Source: Octopus sinensis (Eukaryota). Taken from it: a stretch of 64,000 nt of DNA. The stretch covers positions 71,176,001 through 71,240,000 of the forward strand of contig NC_042997.1 of NCBI RefSeq assembly GCF_006345805.1, given 5' to 3'. Below, one piece after another: positions 26,330-39,069 of the stretch (positions within the stretch are counted from its first letter, which is position 1; every line of letters begins with the position of its first letter). Position numbers and translations under genes: made by a program. The notes beneath the pieces are model-generated. The model saw nothing but the letters and a program-made list of their open reading frames with translations. It was not told the origin of the DNA and ran no database searches.

Positions 26330-28160
26330 ATGTTAAACTTCTGGAAAGTTTTACAGATTTTTACAGTTCCAGTGATGAATTGGATCCGTAATCTTCCAAT
26401 TAGCTTTCTCCTTTCTGGTTTCGAGAAGCCTAATTTCTCAATATCAGTATTGAGGCAGTGTGTTACATATCTCAAAGCCCTAATATTACAGGTATAAACC
26501 TGAACTTGTGATCTGGATAGAGTAACTGCAGATTTCTCAATAGTTCAGCGTAAGTATCCTCTTTTTCACTTATCTTCAGTTTTATGTTGACATCCGCTGG
26601 GCAGCTAATTTCCACAACTGTACACAACTTTTTTTTCTCTATCCCAAATCATTATATCAGGTGTGTTGTACTTACATTTTATTGAAGTCTTCACTGATAC
26701 ATTCTTCCAGTATTATGAGTGGTTATGGCTTCTACCATATTGTAGGTTCTTATTTCATTGTCCTCGGGATTATCATTCCGACGGATTTCATTATAGAGTG
26801 TCCTAGCTACAACGTCATGTCTCATCGGTAGATAATACCGTGATGACCACTGCTTATGATGTGAGTGATATCTTGGGTGTTAACTCCACAAAGTTTGCAT
26901 AGGTTGTCACACTTTACTGCTTTTCCTACATCTTTATCCCTTTTGTGCATCAGGTACTTGCTTGATATTTCTTGTTCCTGGATTGCAAATGCATGCCCCT
27001 AAAAGTGGAAGGTTGTAATCCGGCTGTTGGTCCATGATAGACTGCTTTGATGATGACTGTTACTATCATCTCGGAGCTTTCTACTAACATATCCATGCAA
27101 AATCTTCTGCTCATATGGGCTCATCCTTTCATCTGATGATACATTGCGGTAGAGTCATGCGACTTCTTTTGGTATATATTCTAGGATATCAGACAAAGAA
27201 TGTTGCTCAAGTAGTTTCTTTCCAAGACTTAGGATGTTCCCAGCTTCATGTATGGTCGATGGTTGCATTTCAACGCTTGGTGCTTCAAAGAGGTTGCCGA
27301 CGGGATATGATACGACATTCAACGGCATTTTGGATGGATGTTAAGCTTGTGCCTTTTTTTTTTCATTTTAGACAAATGCGGTCGACGTGTCTGTTTATGT
27401 GGAAATTATGTGTGCTTTTTAGTATTTTTCGGGTTTTCACATCAATGGCTCAGATCTCATCAAGCATCCAATCAAGCAGCCCAAATGTTGGTATGAATAC
27501 TGACACTGCAGACACATTCTGTGCCACTGTTTTATTGAATGCAGAGAGTTCTGCGATTCAAATTTTCTTTATTCAGTGTAATATTCTTCAGTGACACGCG
27601 TTTTGTTACATATGCCATTGTAAGATGTTTTCCCCCACCCCTAGATACCTGTAGCATTCCTCGTCAGGTATAGGGAAACAGTAAAATCATTGATGGAGAT
27701 GTTGCTAGTCTGGTTTATAGTTTTTCTCCCTTTTCGTAACCTTATAACAACATTTATCCTGACCAAACTCCAGCCTTATATCCTTTGAAAATATTGTAAG
27801 TAGGTCAAGGCTCTATTACATCTCATACATATATTTTGCATAAAGTTTCAAGTCATCCACAAAAATAAAACAGTGTATAATTTTGGTATTTCTTTTTCCT
27901 TGTGAACCAGTGAGATATACTTCAGATTACCTTAACATGAATGACAAAGGGTTTACAGAGAGTAAAAACATCAGAGAGCGACTGTCCCCTTGGATTATGC
28001 CTTTGTAATATTGTATTCTATCAATGATAATATAGTCACTCTTTGTGTTTAATTTCAAGATGGTGCCCACGATGAAGTCAGGTCAGCTACGGGTTTGACT
28101 ATGCTCACTGGAACGTTAACAAGCTGAAGGGCTTCTAGCATCCATGAGCGGGGGAACTGA
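26330..28160 (-). mobile_element. R4/Dong-like RLE non-LTR retrotransposon, old decayed subfamily
   Basis: C-terminus YVTHCLNTDIEKLGFSKPERRKLIGRLRIQFITGTVKICKTF. RT remnants (gtcatccac = VDD, about 27855) upstream. Confidence 0.7.
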
Positions 28161-28329
28161 GTGAGGATGTTATTGGTTTCACAATGGTTCTGGAAGAAGA
28201 GGTTCAAGCATACTGTATATATCTTATACATTAAGTTCTGGCATGCAATTAGCCCGGAAGTTTTTTGCCATATGGGTGGTCCAGCATTTAGGGATCAATG
28301 TGTCTCTGCCAAAGCTTACCAGTGTGGTA

Positions 28330-30400
28330 ACCACACAGCAATGCCAAATAATACCAAAAGCATTGGAAACGTAAAACACGAAGACAGACGTAATATTTCC
28401 AACAAAAGCGAAGTAAACAACGAAAGACAACAAAGCCAGACGGTAGGAATGTATAATGATGCGCAAAAAGCACCAAACCAGAATACAACAGACAAACACA
28501 GGAACGGGAAGGAAGGTAAAACAAATCTAAAACCTGGAAACAGTGAAGGTGAACCTAATGATTATGATACTCTAAAAATGAGCAGAATCAAAGAACTGAA
28601 AGCCACAGATCTCAGTATAGACCACCGATTGTATCTCCCAAAAATCAAAATAGATAATAAAACAACATCAATAATAGCATGAACCTAGCCGTCACAGAAC
28701 TAATAGCCACAGAAACAAATGTCAATATCACCTTTATCTGGCATGCTAAACAGAACTGGATGCGGATACAACTGCCACTTTTTATATATGGATGGTATTA
28801 TTTTTATATAACGATCAGCCACTTTTTATATATGGATGACCTAAAACTGTACGCTACAAATGATAAACAGCTGGAAACATTATTACAGACAATACATGGA
28901 TTTACCAAAGAAATAAATATGAAATTTGGTTTAGAAAAATGTGACAAAGCCACCTTGAAAAGAGGAAAACTAGTTAAGAGTAGCAACATCAAACTAGATA
29001 AAGCAAACGAAATAAGAGAATTAGACCAAAGCCAGACATACAAATATTTAGGAATCCATGAACTAGATACATACACAAATCAAGGAGAAAATTAAAAAAA
29101 AGAATACTATAGACGAGTTAGATTAATACAGGAAACAGAGCTCAAGGCAAAAAAACAAGATAATAGGTATCAACACTTTAACCGTCCCAGTTATAAATTG
29201 CAGCTACAATATCCATAACTGGACACTAAATGAACTAATCAAAATAGGCAGGAAAACAAGAAAAATAATGACAAGATTTAGGTTGCACCACCCAAAATCT
29301 GACATAGAAAGATTAAATATACAACGTATAGAAGGTGGTATAGAAAACTATTGCAAAATAACCACCATAGGACTGCAAAAATACCTACTTTAGAAGCAAC
29401 TAAAACTAATACAAATAGCCACATAACACGAGCAAACAAAAAACTATTTTCAGTTCTTAAGGAAGTTGGCACATACCAACAAGAAATCATACCACCTAAC
29501 AACTATGAAGAAAAAGAAGAAACAACGAAAACTATAAAACAAATGAAACCCAAACTAAAACTGGAACAGCAAAGAACCATAATAAAACGATGGCAAGAAA
29601 AGTCCCTTCATGGCAAATACTAGGTTAAAATAAACGTAAAAGAAACAAAGCAAAGTCCCAGGAATGGCTGAGAATATCAAAGCCTCCCCACCAGAAATTA
29701 CCAAAAACATATAATGAAAAGAAACATAACAAATAGCTGCTGAATATGTGGAGATGGACAAGAAACAATCACTCATATTGTCTCTGGCTGCCCAGTCCTG
29801 GCTAAGAAGGAATATATTCACTGACATGACAGAATTGGGACCTACATACACTGGAAGATATGCCAACAATATGGAATAACAACAGATAAAAGATGGTATA
29901 GGCACACGCCGAAAAGGTCCCAGAAAACGAGAAAGCAACAATACATTGGTATATGCCAATACACACAGATAGAAAAATTAAGGTCAATAGGCCAGATACA
30001 GTTGTCAGAGATCATGAAGAAAAAAATGCTTTCTAATTGATGTATCATTACCAACAGACGACAACGTTTCTCTAAAAGAAATAGAGTAACTTTCAAAATA
30101 TAAATATCTGGAAATTGAGGTAACTCGAATGTGGAATCTAAAGACATAAACAATTCCTTTCATAGTGGGTGCATTAGCTATGTTAGAAAATATTCAGACA
30201 AATAAATAACAAAAACATCAGGACTAAAAAATATATATAACATACAGAAAATAGCACTACTAGGTACTGCACACATCCTACGTAAAACACTTTCACTACA
30301 GTTAAATGAAGACCTTCACAACAAACCACAGCACATAACCAAGGCACACTGAGCTACGTTCGGTAATGCAGTGAAAGCACGTGATAGAAATAAGACTACT
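28330..30400 (+). mobile_element. R4/Dong element, internally deleted, paralogous to 39070-42375
   Basis: HFLYMDDLKLY, KYLGIHELD, KRWQEKSLHGKY. The N-terminal region jumps directly to RT motif 5. Ends in (TAA)n. Confidence 0.85.
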
Positions 30401-30455
30401 GAATAATAATAATAATGATAACGATAATAATAATAATATAATAATAATAATAATA

Positions 30456-30573
<118 letters not shown>

Positions 30574-30574
30574 T

Positions 30575-33117
30575 TTTTTTTTTCTTCTTTCAAATTTTCT
30601 TCCATTTCTTGCCGAGTGTCTTCCCGACTCCTAGGGCAAAGAAACTCATAGTGTATATTGGTAGGCCATTAAACCAAACTCAGTAGTTCGTTAATTTTTT
30701 TTTTTTTTTTTTTTTTAAAGTTAAATTAAAATGCATGAGCAGCAACAGTTCTCACATCGACAATGCTCTTCTCAATACGTGTGATGTACCAGTTAAGACA
30801 ATCTTTTGTACTTCTTGCAGGGATGGTAAGCCAGGGATCATTCTCATATAATTTTCGGTTCCCTTCTTGATCATTCCTAGTGCTCCTACGATCACTGATA
30901 TTGTAACCGCCTTGAGATGCCACATTTTCTCAATTTCAATGAGTAGGTCTTTATATTTTCTGAGCTTGTCAAACTCTTTCGCTGAGATATTATGATCACA
31001 GGGGATGGTCATGTCGATCAATAAGCAAACTTTATTGTTTTGGTCTTTCACAACAATATCTGGTTTATTGGCCTTGATGGTTCGGTCTGTATGTACTGGA
31101 AAGTCCCACAGAATGGTTACATTTTCTCCTTCAGTTACAGCCTCAGGGTGGTGATTATACCACTTGTCGGCAGCTTTGATATTGTAATGCCGACTTATTA
31201 GCCAGTGGAGATATTGGCCAACTCTGTCATGTCTTAATTTATACTCCACTGGTGCTAAGACTTTACATCCAGAGATTAGGTGGTCCACTGTTTCAATCAT
31301 GTCGTTGCAGAATCGGCATTTTGGGTCTGCTCCATTTTTCATCACATTGGCCTGGTAGTTCCGGGTTAATAGGCTTTGGTCTAGAGCAGCCAGGATGAAA
31401 CCTTCGCTCTCTGCTTTTAGCCCTGAGCTCCGCAGCCACTGATGGGTTTGCTTCTGGTCAACATCAGCTTGTTTGCTGCGGGTCACATATTTGCCGTGCA
31501 GAGGTTTCTCCTCCCACCTATCAGCCAATTGCTCGTGCGCTTTTTTCATTGCCATCATTTTCACCTTCTTTGCAGCAATAGTTGCCGTACTTCCCTCGGG
31601 TTGTTCAGTTTGGGTATCCTGCACGAGATCAATAGCAAATTTTTTGCTTTCCTTGATGATAGAATGAAGCTTCTTTCGTCTCTCGTGATTTTCCACGAGC
31701 TTTAGCATCCAGTCATTCGATATTTCGAGATATTTGGCCAGTCCAATTGTGGTTGTTTTGTAAGCTAGTTCAAATTGGATCAGGCCTCGACCTCCTTAGG
31801 CTCTGGGAAGGTAAAGGCGATCTACGTCTGCCTTTGGGTGGTGCATCCTATTACAACTCAGCAGCTTGCGTATTTTTCTATCTATATTCTTTACTTCACT
31901 CATATTCCAGTTCAACACATTGTAGCTATAAGTAACAACTGGAACTGCTAGGGAATTTATAGCTAACACCTTGTTACGTGCATTTAGTTCAGATTTCAGG
32001 ACTGCACGAACTCTCCTATAACATTCCTTCCTCATTTTCTCTTTCATGCTTGCATGCTGAATACCAGAGCCTTCATTTATCCCTAAATATTTGTATGTTT
32101 GTTCTTGCTCAAGCTCTCTTATGACTGTGTCAACATCTAACACGACTGAATTTGTGGTCTTCACTTTCCCTTACTGGAAAGTGGCCTTGGCACACTTCTC
32201 AAGTCTAAACTCCATCCCGATGTCATCGCTGAATGATTTCACGGTGCGCAATAGGCCTTCAAGTTCATTATTGTCTTTACCATAAAGTTTTAAGTCATCC
32301 ATATAAAATAGATGGCTTATTTTTTTATTGGCAATTTTATACCCATACCCTGTTCTGTTTAATTCACTTGTAAGGGGTATTAGGGCTATGCAGAATATTA
32401 AAGGTGAAAGTGAGTCACCTTGAAAAATTCCACAGTTGATGTTTATATTTTCTGAGGCAAGTACTCCATTAGAGTGGTATAATTGGAGATTCGTATTCCA
32501 CAACGACATATTGTGCTTCAGGAAGTTTGAAATCACAGGGGAAATTTTGAAGATGTCCAGCGATCTCAAGATCCATGGATGCGGTATACTGTCGAAGGCC
32601 TTTTTATAGTCAATCCATGCGGTGCTGAGATTTCTGCGCTTGTTGTAACAGTTCTCAAGGATCATACGATTGATTAGCAGTTGATCTTTGCATCCGTAAG
32701 AGCCTCGGCGGCACCCTTTTTGTTCAATGGGGAAAATATCGTTCTTCTCCATGAATGCATATGTTTTCTCCGCCAGGATAGATGTTAGGATTTTATACGT
32801 GGTGGATAGACAGGTTATAGGCCGATAGTTTTTTGGAAGGTTGGTTTCGTTATTCTTTGGGAGTAGGTAAGTAATGCCACTTGCTAACCATTCAGGTGTT
32901 TTCTTTGGGTCTCTCATAATTCCATTGAGCAGCTGAACTAGCTTACCGTGTGCGCACGGGAGCGATGCGAGCCAGAAATTCGGTACCCTATCTTTACCGG
33001 GGGATTTCCAATTATGGGCCTTCGTGAGTGCCTTTCTTAGGTCTGCTATTGTGATGTCTTCCCATGCTTCTTGTTGTAAATTTTGGTAGGATCCTTCAGT
33101 TTGTATAATCCAGTCTG

Positions 33118-33120
<3 letters not shown>
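30575..33120 (-). mobile_element. R4/Dong RLE non-LTR retrotransposon, nearly intact RT-ZnF-RLE region (about one frameshift and one stop)
   Basis: NWKSPGKD, YRPITCLST, AWIDYKKAFDS, GIFQGDSLSP, YMDDLKLY; CRFC...ETVDHLISGC zinc knuckle; RHDRV; KPDIVV...LIDM...KEFDKLRKY restriction-like endonuclease. Flanked by (TTA)n. Confidence 0.92.
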
Positions 33121-33180
<60 letters not shown>

Positions 33181-33203
<23 letters not shown>

Positions 33204-33784
33204 GTATTGTTATTATTATTATTATAGTTATTATTGTGTGAGAGAGTAGTGCATGCATTCAAAGTGACACTGGAGTAAAATATACGAAGCCCAGTATACC
33301 CATCATGACTACCCTTCTGACAAGGATACATCAGGCACATGCATCACAATTACATGTGCGTGACATGGTGGTCTCATATCAAGATAACAGCGCATGATCT
33401 TACAGATGGAGCTCAGTTAGAATTTTCTTCAGGTTGAACAGCTCATCCCGCTCAAAACGACGCTGAATAAGGATTGTTTAAGGACAATGAACAAAACACC
33501 CATGCTTCCAAATGTGAGTTATTCAAACTCCAAAGAATTCCTTTCAGCACATGACTATGATACTCCTCTACTACTTCTGCACTTGATCAGAAGTGCACAT
33601 ATCAACCACTAAGCGACGTATTCAACTGGTTATGGTCAAACAACTGACAAGCAAATCAGTGGTATTGAGCAGAATATTTGCTCTTGCCCATCTTTTATAC
33701 GAAGACAAAACACTGTACATGGTAACACTTCTAATCAGTTAAAATCAGAAGCCATGAGAGCCACTGCCTGGGCATTTATTATTA

Positions 33785-33827
<43 letters not shown>

Positions 33828-34423
33828 TATTAGTATTATTATTATTATTATTAGTATTGTTATTATTATTATTATAGTTATTATTGTGTGAGAGAGTAGT
33901 GCATGCATTCAAAGTGACACTGGAGTAAAATATACGAAGCCCAGTATACCCATCATGACTACCCTTCTGACAAGGATACATCAGGCACATGCATCACAAT
34001 TACATGTGCGTGACATGGTGGTCTCATATCAAGATAACAGCGCATGATCTTACAGATGGAGCTCAGTTAGAATTTTCTTCAGGTTGAACAGCTCATCCCG
34101 CTCAAAACGACGCTGAATAAGGATTGTTTAAGGACAATGAACAAAACACCCATGCTTCCAAATGTGAGTTATTCAAACTCCAAAGAATTCCTTTCAGCAC
34201 ATGACTATGATACTCCTCTACTACTTCTGCACTTGATCAGAAGTGCACATATCAACCACTAAGCGACGTATTCAACTGGTTATGGTCAAACAACTGACAA
34301 GCAAATCAGTGGTATTGAGCAGAATATTTGCTCTTGCCCATCTTTTATACGAAGACAAAACACTGTACATGGTAACACTTCTAATCAGTTAAAATCAGAA
34401 GCCATGAGAGCCACTGCCTGGGC

Positions 34424-34430
<7 letters not shown>
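33181..34430. repeat. Two apparently identical about 650-bp units (550-bp non-coding body plus TTA tract) upstream of the Dong RT
   Basis: The same microsatellite interruptions and body recur at 33181 and 33831. Confidence 0.9.
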
Positions 34431-34493
<63 letters not shown>

Positions 34494-37400
34494 GTTAATG
34501 TTGTTGTTGTTGTTGTTGTTTTTGTTATTATTATTTTTATTGTTATTGTTATTATTATTATTGCTGTTCTTATTATTATATAAGTTATATCTGTGTATAC
34601 GTGTGTGATTGTGTGTGGCTGCCTTTGTATCTAGCTGCATATGTCGCTCTCTACACTTCTATTCGTATTCATTTTTTATCTACAACACTGAAGGTTAATC
34701 CTTTCTCTTCCCTAAAATCAATATTCAATGCCAAACTCAACTAATTACTGCTGATTAATGATTCTTGCATGCAGACAGTCTAGAAACGAAAACTTTTAAT
34801 TGGTATTGGTTGGTAGACTTCGATAGTGTGTTTGTACTGTGTGTGGGGGGGGGGGTGCATTTGTGTGCGAATGTTTGTGCTGTGTGTGTTTGTATATATG
34901 TATATATGCTTGTATGTATGTATGTACGTCTGTATGTATGTTTGTATGTACGTATGTATGTATGTATGTATGTATGTATGTATGTATGTATGCATGCATG
35001 CATGGATGGATGGATGGATGGATGGATGTGTGTATATCTATATATATGTGTGTCTGTATATTGCTGATACATACGGAAAAAAGGAGAAAGATTTACAATA
35101 TAAGAAGTTCTTATCTCGCAATTCCAGGAACTCGGGTCCGGTCCTCGTCTATCCATACTGCAAGAATGCATATTGGATTTATTGCAAATTTATGGTTTAG
35201 TCTTGCAATATCGTTTCAAGCTGATATGGCCTCTGAATTACGTGAATGGTAGGCAAATTTGTGAAATGTTAATCGTAACGTTTAGTAGACGTTCGAATGG
35301 ATATTTTCGTTTGCAGGTGTGTAAATAATATTGAGTAGAGGCGTTGAGAGCAATAGTTTTCAGGTAGGAAAAAGTTTTAAAATATCTCTATTCCACAATT
35401 TTCATAAGAAGTCGGTCCTAAACCTCCTCATTAACTATGTACTACTATTTATTCTAATTCAAGTGATTCATATAAGAAACCATGCAAAATAAGCAAAAAC
35501 AGAAGCGGACAAAAGTGGACGAAATTAGGGCATTTTTCCATAAGTATTACAATATAAATCTGAAACATGATATTATTCAAAATTGTTTAAATATTGTCAT
35601 ATATAATGCAATACTGGAATAATCGAATTTTATATGCTAATATTTAAACCATTTTCAATAACATCATATTTCAGATTTTTCCTGTGCTTATCTGAAATTA
35701 GACAACACTTGAATACATCTATGAATTAAACAGTATGTTACAGTCTAATTTTTTTATCATTAGAATATAATGGGAAAAACCATGAGGTGCATTTTAGTTA
35801 TAAATACAATAACGAACGGTCTAATTCAATATTTCTAATCATTATAAAATACTTATTTCTGCTATTTTTTCTTCAGTTATACACTCGAAGCTTTATAGAC
35901 GAGATATAATTCTTATTTAATGAACACGTATCACCTGTTGTCTTTTAGGTATTCATGAGTTTATTTAACTGCATTCCTAATGGTTATTTTAATGAATTCA
36001 TTAGTGAATACTGCTTACTATTGATTTTAGAATATTTGTGATATTGCATTTTTTTATTTTTATGGTTCAATCAAAGATAAAAAAAAGACAGATTCCGTAA
36101 TATTTTGCAGAACTTCTACAACTGATGAAAAGAAAGAAGACCGAAGATGTGTTATAACTGCTCGTAACATTTTGTAAAATATAAGTTGAGGTGTTAAACT
36201 GAGAAATTATATACATATTTGGTTCAATGAACCACAACGGTTTTTGTCACGGCTTTAATCTCCACCTATATATAGACACTCAATAGAAAATCAAGAACAT
36301 GGTGGAGCTCAAATTTACAGTTCTCAAGACAACGAAGAAATATGGGTTTATTCCTATTCTAATATTAATCGCCGTATATTCTTTTGTGATTTCATTCTTT
36401 CTGTCCAATGAACTATAAATATATAACAAAAGTCAACTTCGTTTTATTAGAACGATTTTAATAGAATAATAAAATATAAAGAAATGACAAGGGGTAACAA
36501 ATTCTTAGAAAGTATGTCTTAGAAATTAAATCGTAGAAACTGAGTCAAATCTATGATAGTATGGAGAATACACGATCGAGAGTATAAAACATTATTGCTG
36601 AGATTGAGCTTAGAGAATTACTGATCATAACGCCAAGAATTCAAATAATTCTACACTCCATGCGCCATTCTAACCACCAGGTAGGAGAAATACATGTTTC
36701 GGCTAGTGTTGCTCCTGTTTATAAAATGAGGAATTAGATATTCAAAGTTTCTATCTACAGAAACAACAATAACTGAGTTTTATATGCCTAAGACAGTAAT
36801 CATGGAAAATGTAATTAGAAATAATTATGCGGCTAGGAAGTAGTATAATTAGTTCGATGACTGTTTAAATGACTATTTAAATTATATTCGTAAGAATATG
36901 AACGGATATAGATCACAGGGAAATATTGACTTCACCACGTTTACCAAAGTAGTGATAGGAAAATTGCTAAGCAAATGCGTAAATGAGTTCAAATGGAAAG
37001 TTAGCATATTTAAAACAATATGTCATTGAGACTAAATATTTATAGACGCCAACATGATCAGATCAAACCTGAGCGAGCATATCTTTAACTAAAACCATTC
37101 TGGTCGTGATCATTCCTTTTTTTTTTTCACGCATGAAATATCAATGACAACATTATCCAGTGTGTCACCAATTTTATTTTACGAGAGAAAGATGAGTTTG
37201 AGAGAAACTTAGTTTCTATTTCATACAGATCGAGTTACCATACAGACGCCCTACGCCTTGCAGAACACACTAAAAAATGGTTTCTGATTTAGATGCAAAG
37301 CCTATAATCCAGAGGGAGAGGATTAGTCGATTAAATCACCTCAATATTTGACGGATAATTTATGCCGTCAACTTCATAGTGATAGAAGGCAAAGTTAAGC

Positions 37401-37984
37401 TAGCTGGGACTAAACTCAAAATGTAAATATTCTGAAGGAATATTGCTCGATGCCCTAATGAAACTGTTAATTTACCGCATTAGCAAAAAGTAAAATAATT
37501 ATCTTATTTACTTAAACTATACAAAGATTATGTAATCTAATCGTCATTTCATATTCACTTCTATGAAACATATTCTATATATTAATTCTTTCATGTAAAA
37601 ACATAACCAAATTAGTGAATGGTTTATGTAAATTACAATGCCAGAAATTAGATCACTTAATTTACATAATCAAATTAAATTTATTCAATAATGTTCACCC
37701 CAAGTATAATTTATTCAAAATTTTGACTCAGGGTCAGCAATTTTCAGGTGAAGGGCAATATTGACTCTAGTGCTTGATTAGCACTATATTTTATCGACCC
37801 GGAAAGGATAAAAAAATAAAGTAAATACACGTATACATATATACATATAATGACACACACAAACATATATATATATATATATATATATCAAGTACTCACC
37901 CCGAATTTCTATATATATATATATACATATATATATAGAGAGATAGATAGATAGATATATACATGTTAATTCATATATATATTA

Positions 37985-38355
37985 TAGGCGCAGGCGTGCC
38001 TGTGTGGTAAAAAGCTTGCTTCCTAACTAAATCCTTCCAGATACACTTCAATTTCGTAGCACTTTGGGCAATTGCCTCCTATTACAGCCTCGAAGCGAGC
38101 AAAACCTTATGAATAGATTTGGTAAATGGAAACTGAAAGATGTTCGTTGTATATATTTATGTGTATGTGCGTGTTCGTCCCCCACTCCGTCGCTTGACAA
38201 CCATTTCTATGCTTACGTCCCGTACTTATCGGTTCGGCAAAAGTGACTGATAGGATAAGTACAAAGATTAAAACGATAATAAGCTGAACTAAAATTCCCC
38301 CAAGGTGGAGCCCCAGCATGGTCGCTATCTAAAGACTGAAACAAGTAATAGATAA
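37985..38355 (+). mobile_element. SINE type A, diverged
   Basis: ataggcgcaggcgtgcctgtgtggtaa... ending gactgaaacaagtaatagataaaaga. Confidence 0.8.
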
Positions 38356-38428
38356 AAGATACATACAAACACACACATATACACACACACATATACACAT
38401 ATATATATACATACATATATATACATGC

Positions 38429-38473
<45 letters not shown>

Positions 38474-38944
38474 TGTATATATATATACATATAATTAAAT
38501 TAAAAAGAAGATATAAAATCCATTTAAAGGGATGTTGACATGCAAGTCCCCCAGTTTTATCCAATGTATCAGTGAAAAGCCAAAGATATTACTTCCGCAT
38601 GATGGCTATGGATATATTAATATTTTGGTATGAGAAAACGGAAACGGAGAAATTGATATCGCGACATTGATTTATTAGAATATATTCAATTCCGAACAAT
38701 ATCAAATTCATTGCACCTACAAATTTTGAATATCGTTAATTGAGCATTTCGTCAGGGAAAGAATTTCATAGAAAGTGTCAAACAAAAGATTGGAATGTAG
38801 CTCCTTAGTGTGAAATTCTTCCCCTGACGAAATTCCCGATTAAAAATATTCAATTTTAAAATTTAATTTAATTTAATTTAATTTCTCAAATTGTATTGGT
38901 TGGGCACAGAAACATTTGTAGGTGCAATAATATTAATAATAATC

Positions 38945-39033
<89 letters not shown>

Positions 39034-39069
39034 AAGAAGAAGAAGAAGAAGAAGAAGAAGAAGAAGAAG

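Noticed and set aside
20494-26497. Long ORFs such as 20494-21213, 24142-24955, 25570-26181 and the poly-Asp ORF 25792-26061
   Set aside because: They are translations of (TA)n, (TG)n, (TATC)n, (TATG)n and (GAT)n microsatellites. The same applies to ORFs at 9.2-9.7, 34.8-35.2 and 51.7-53.4 kb.
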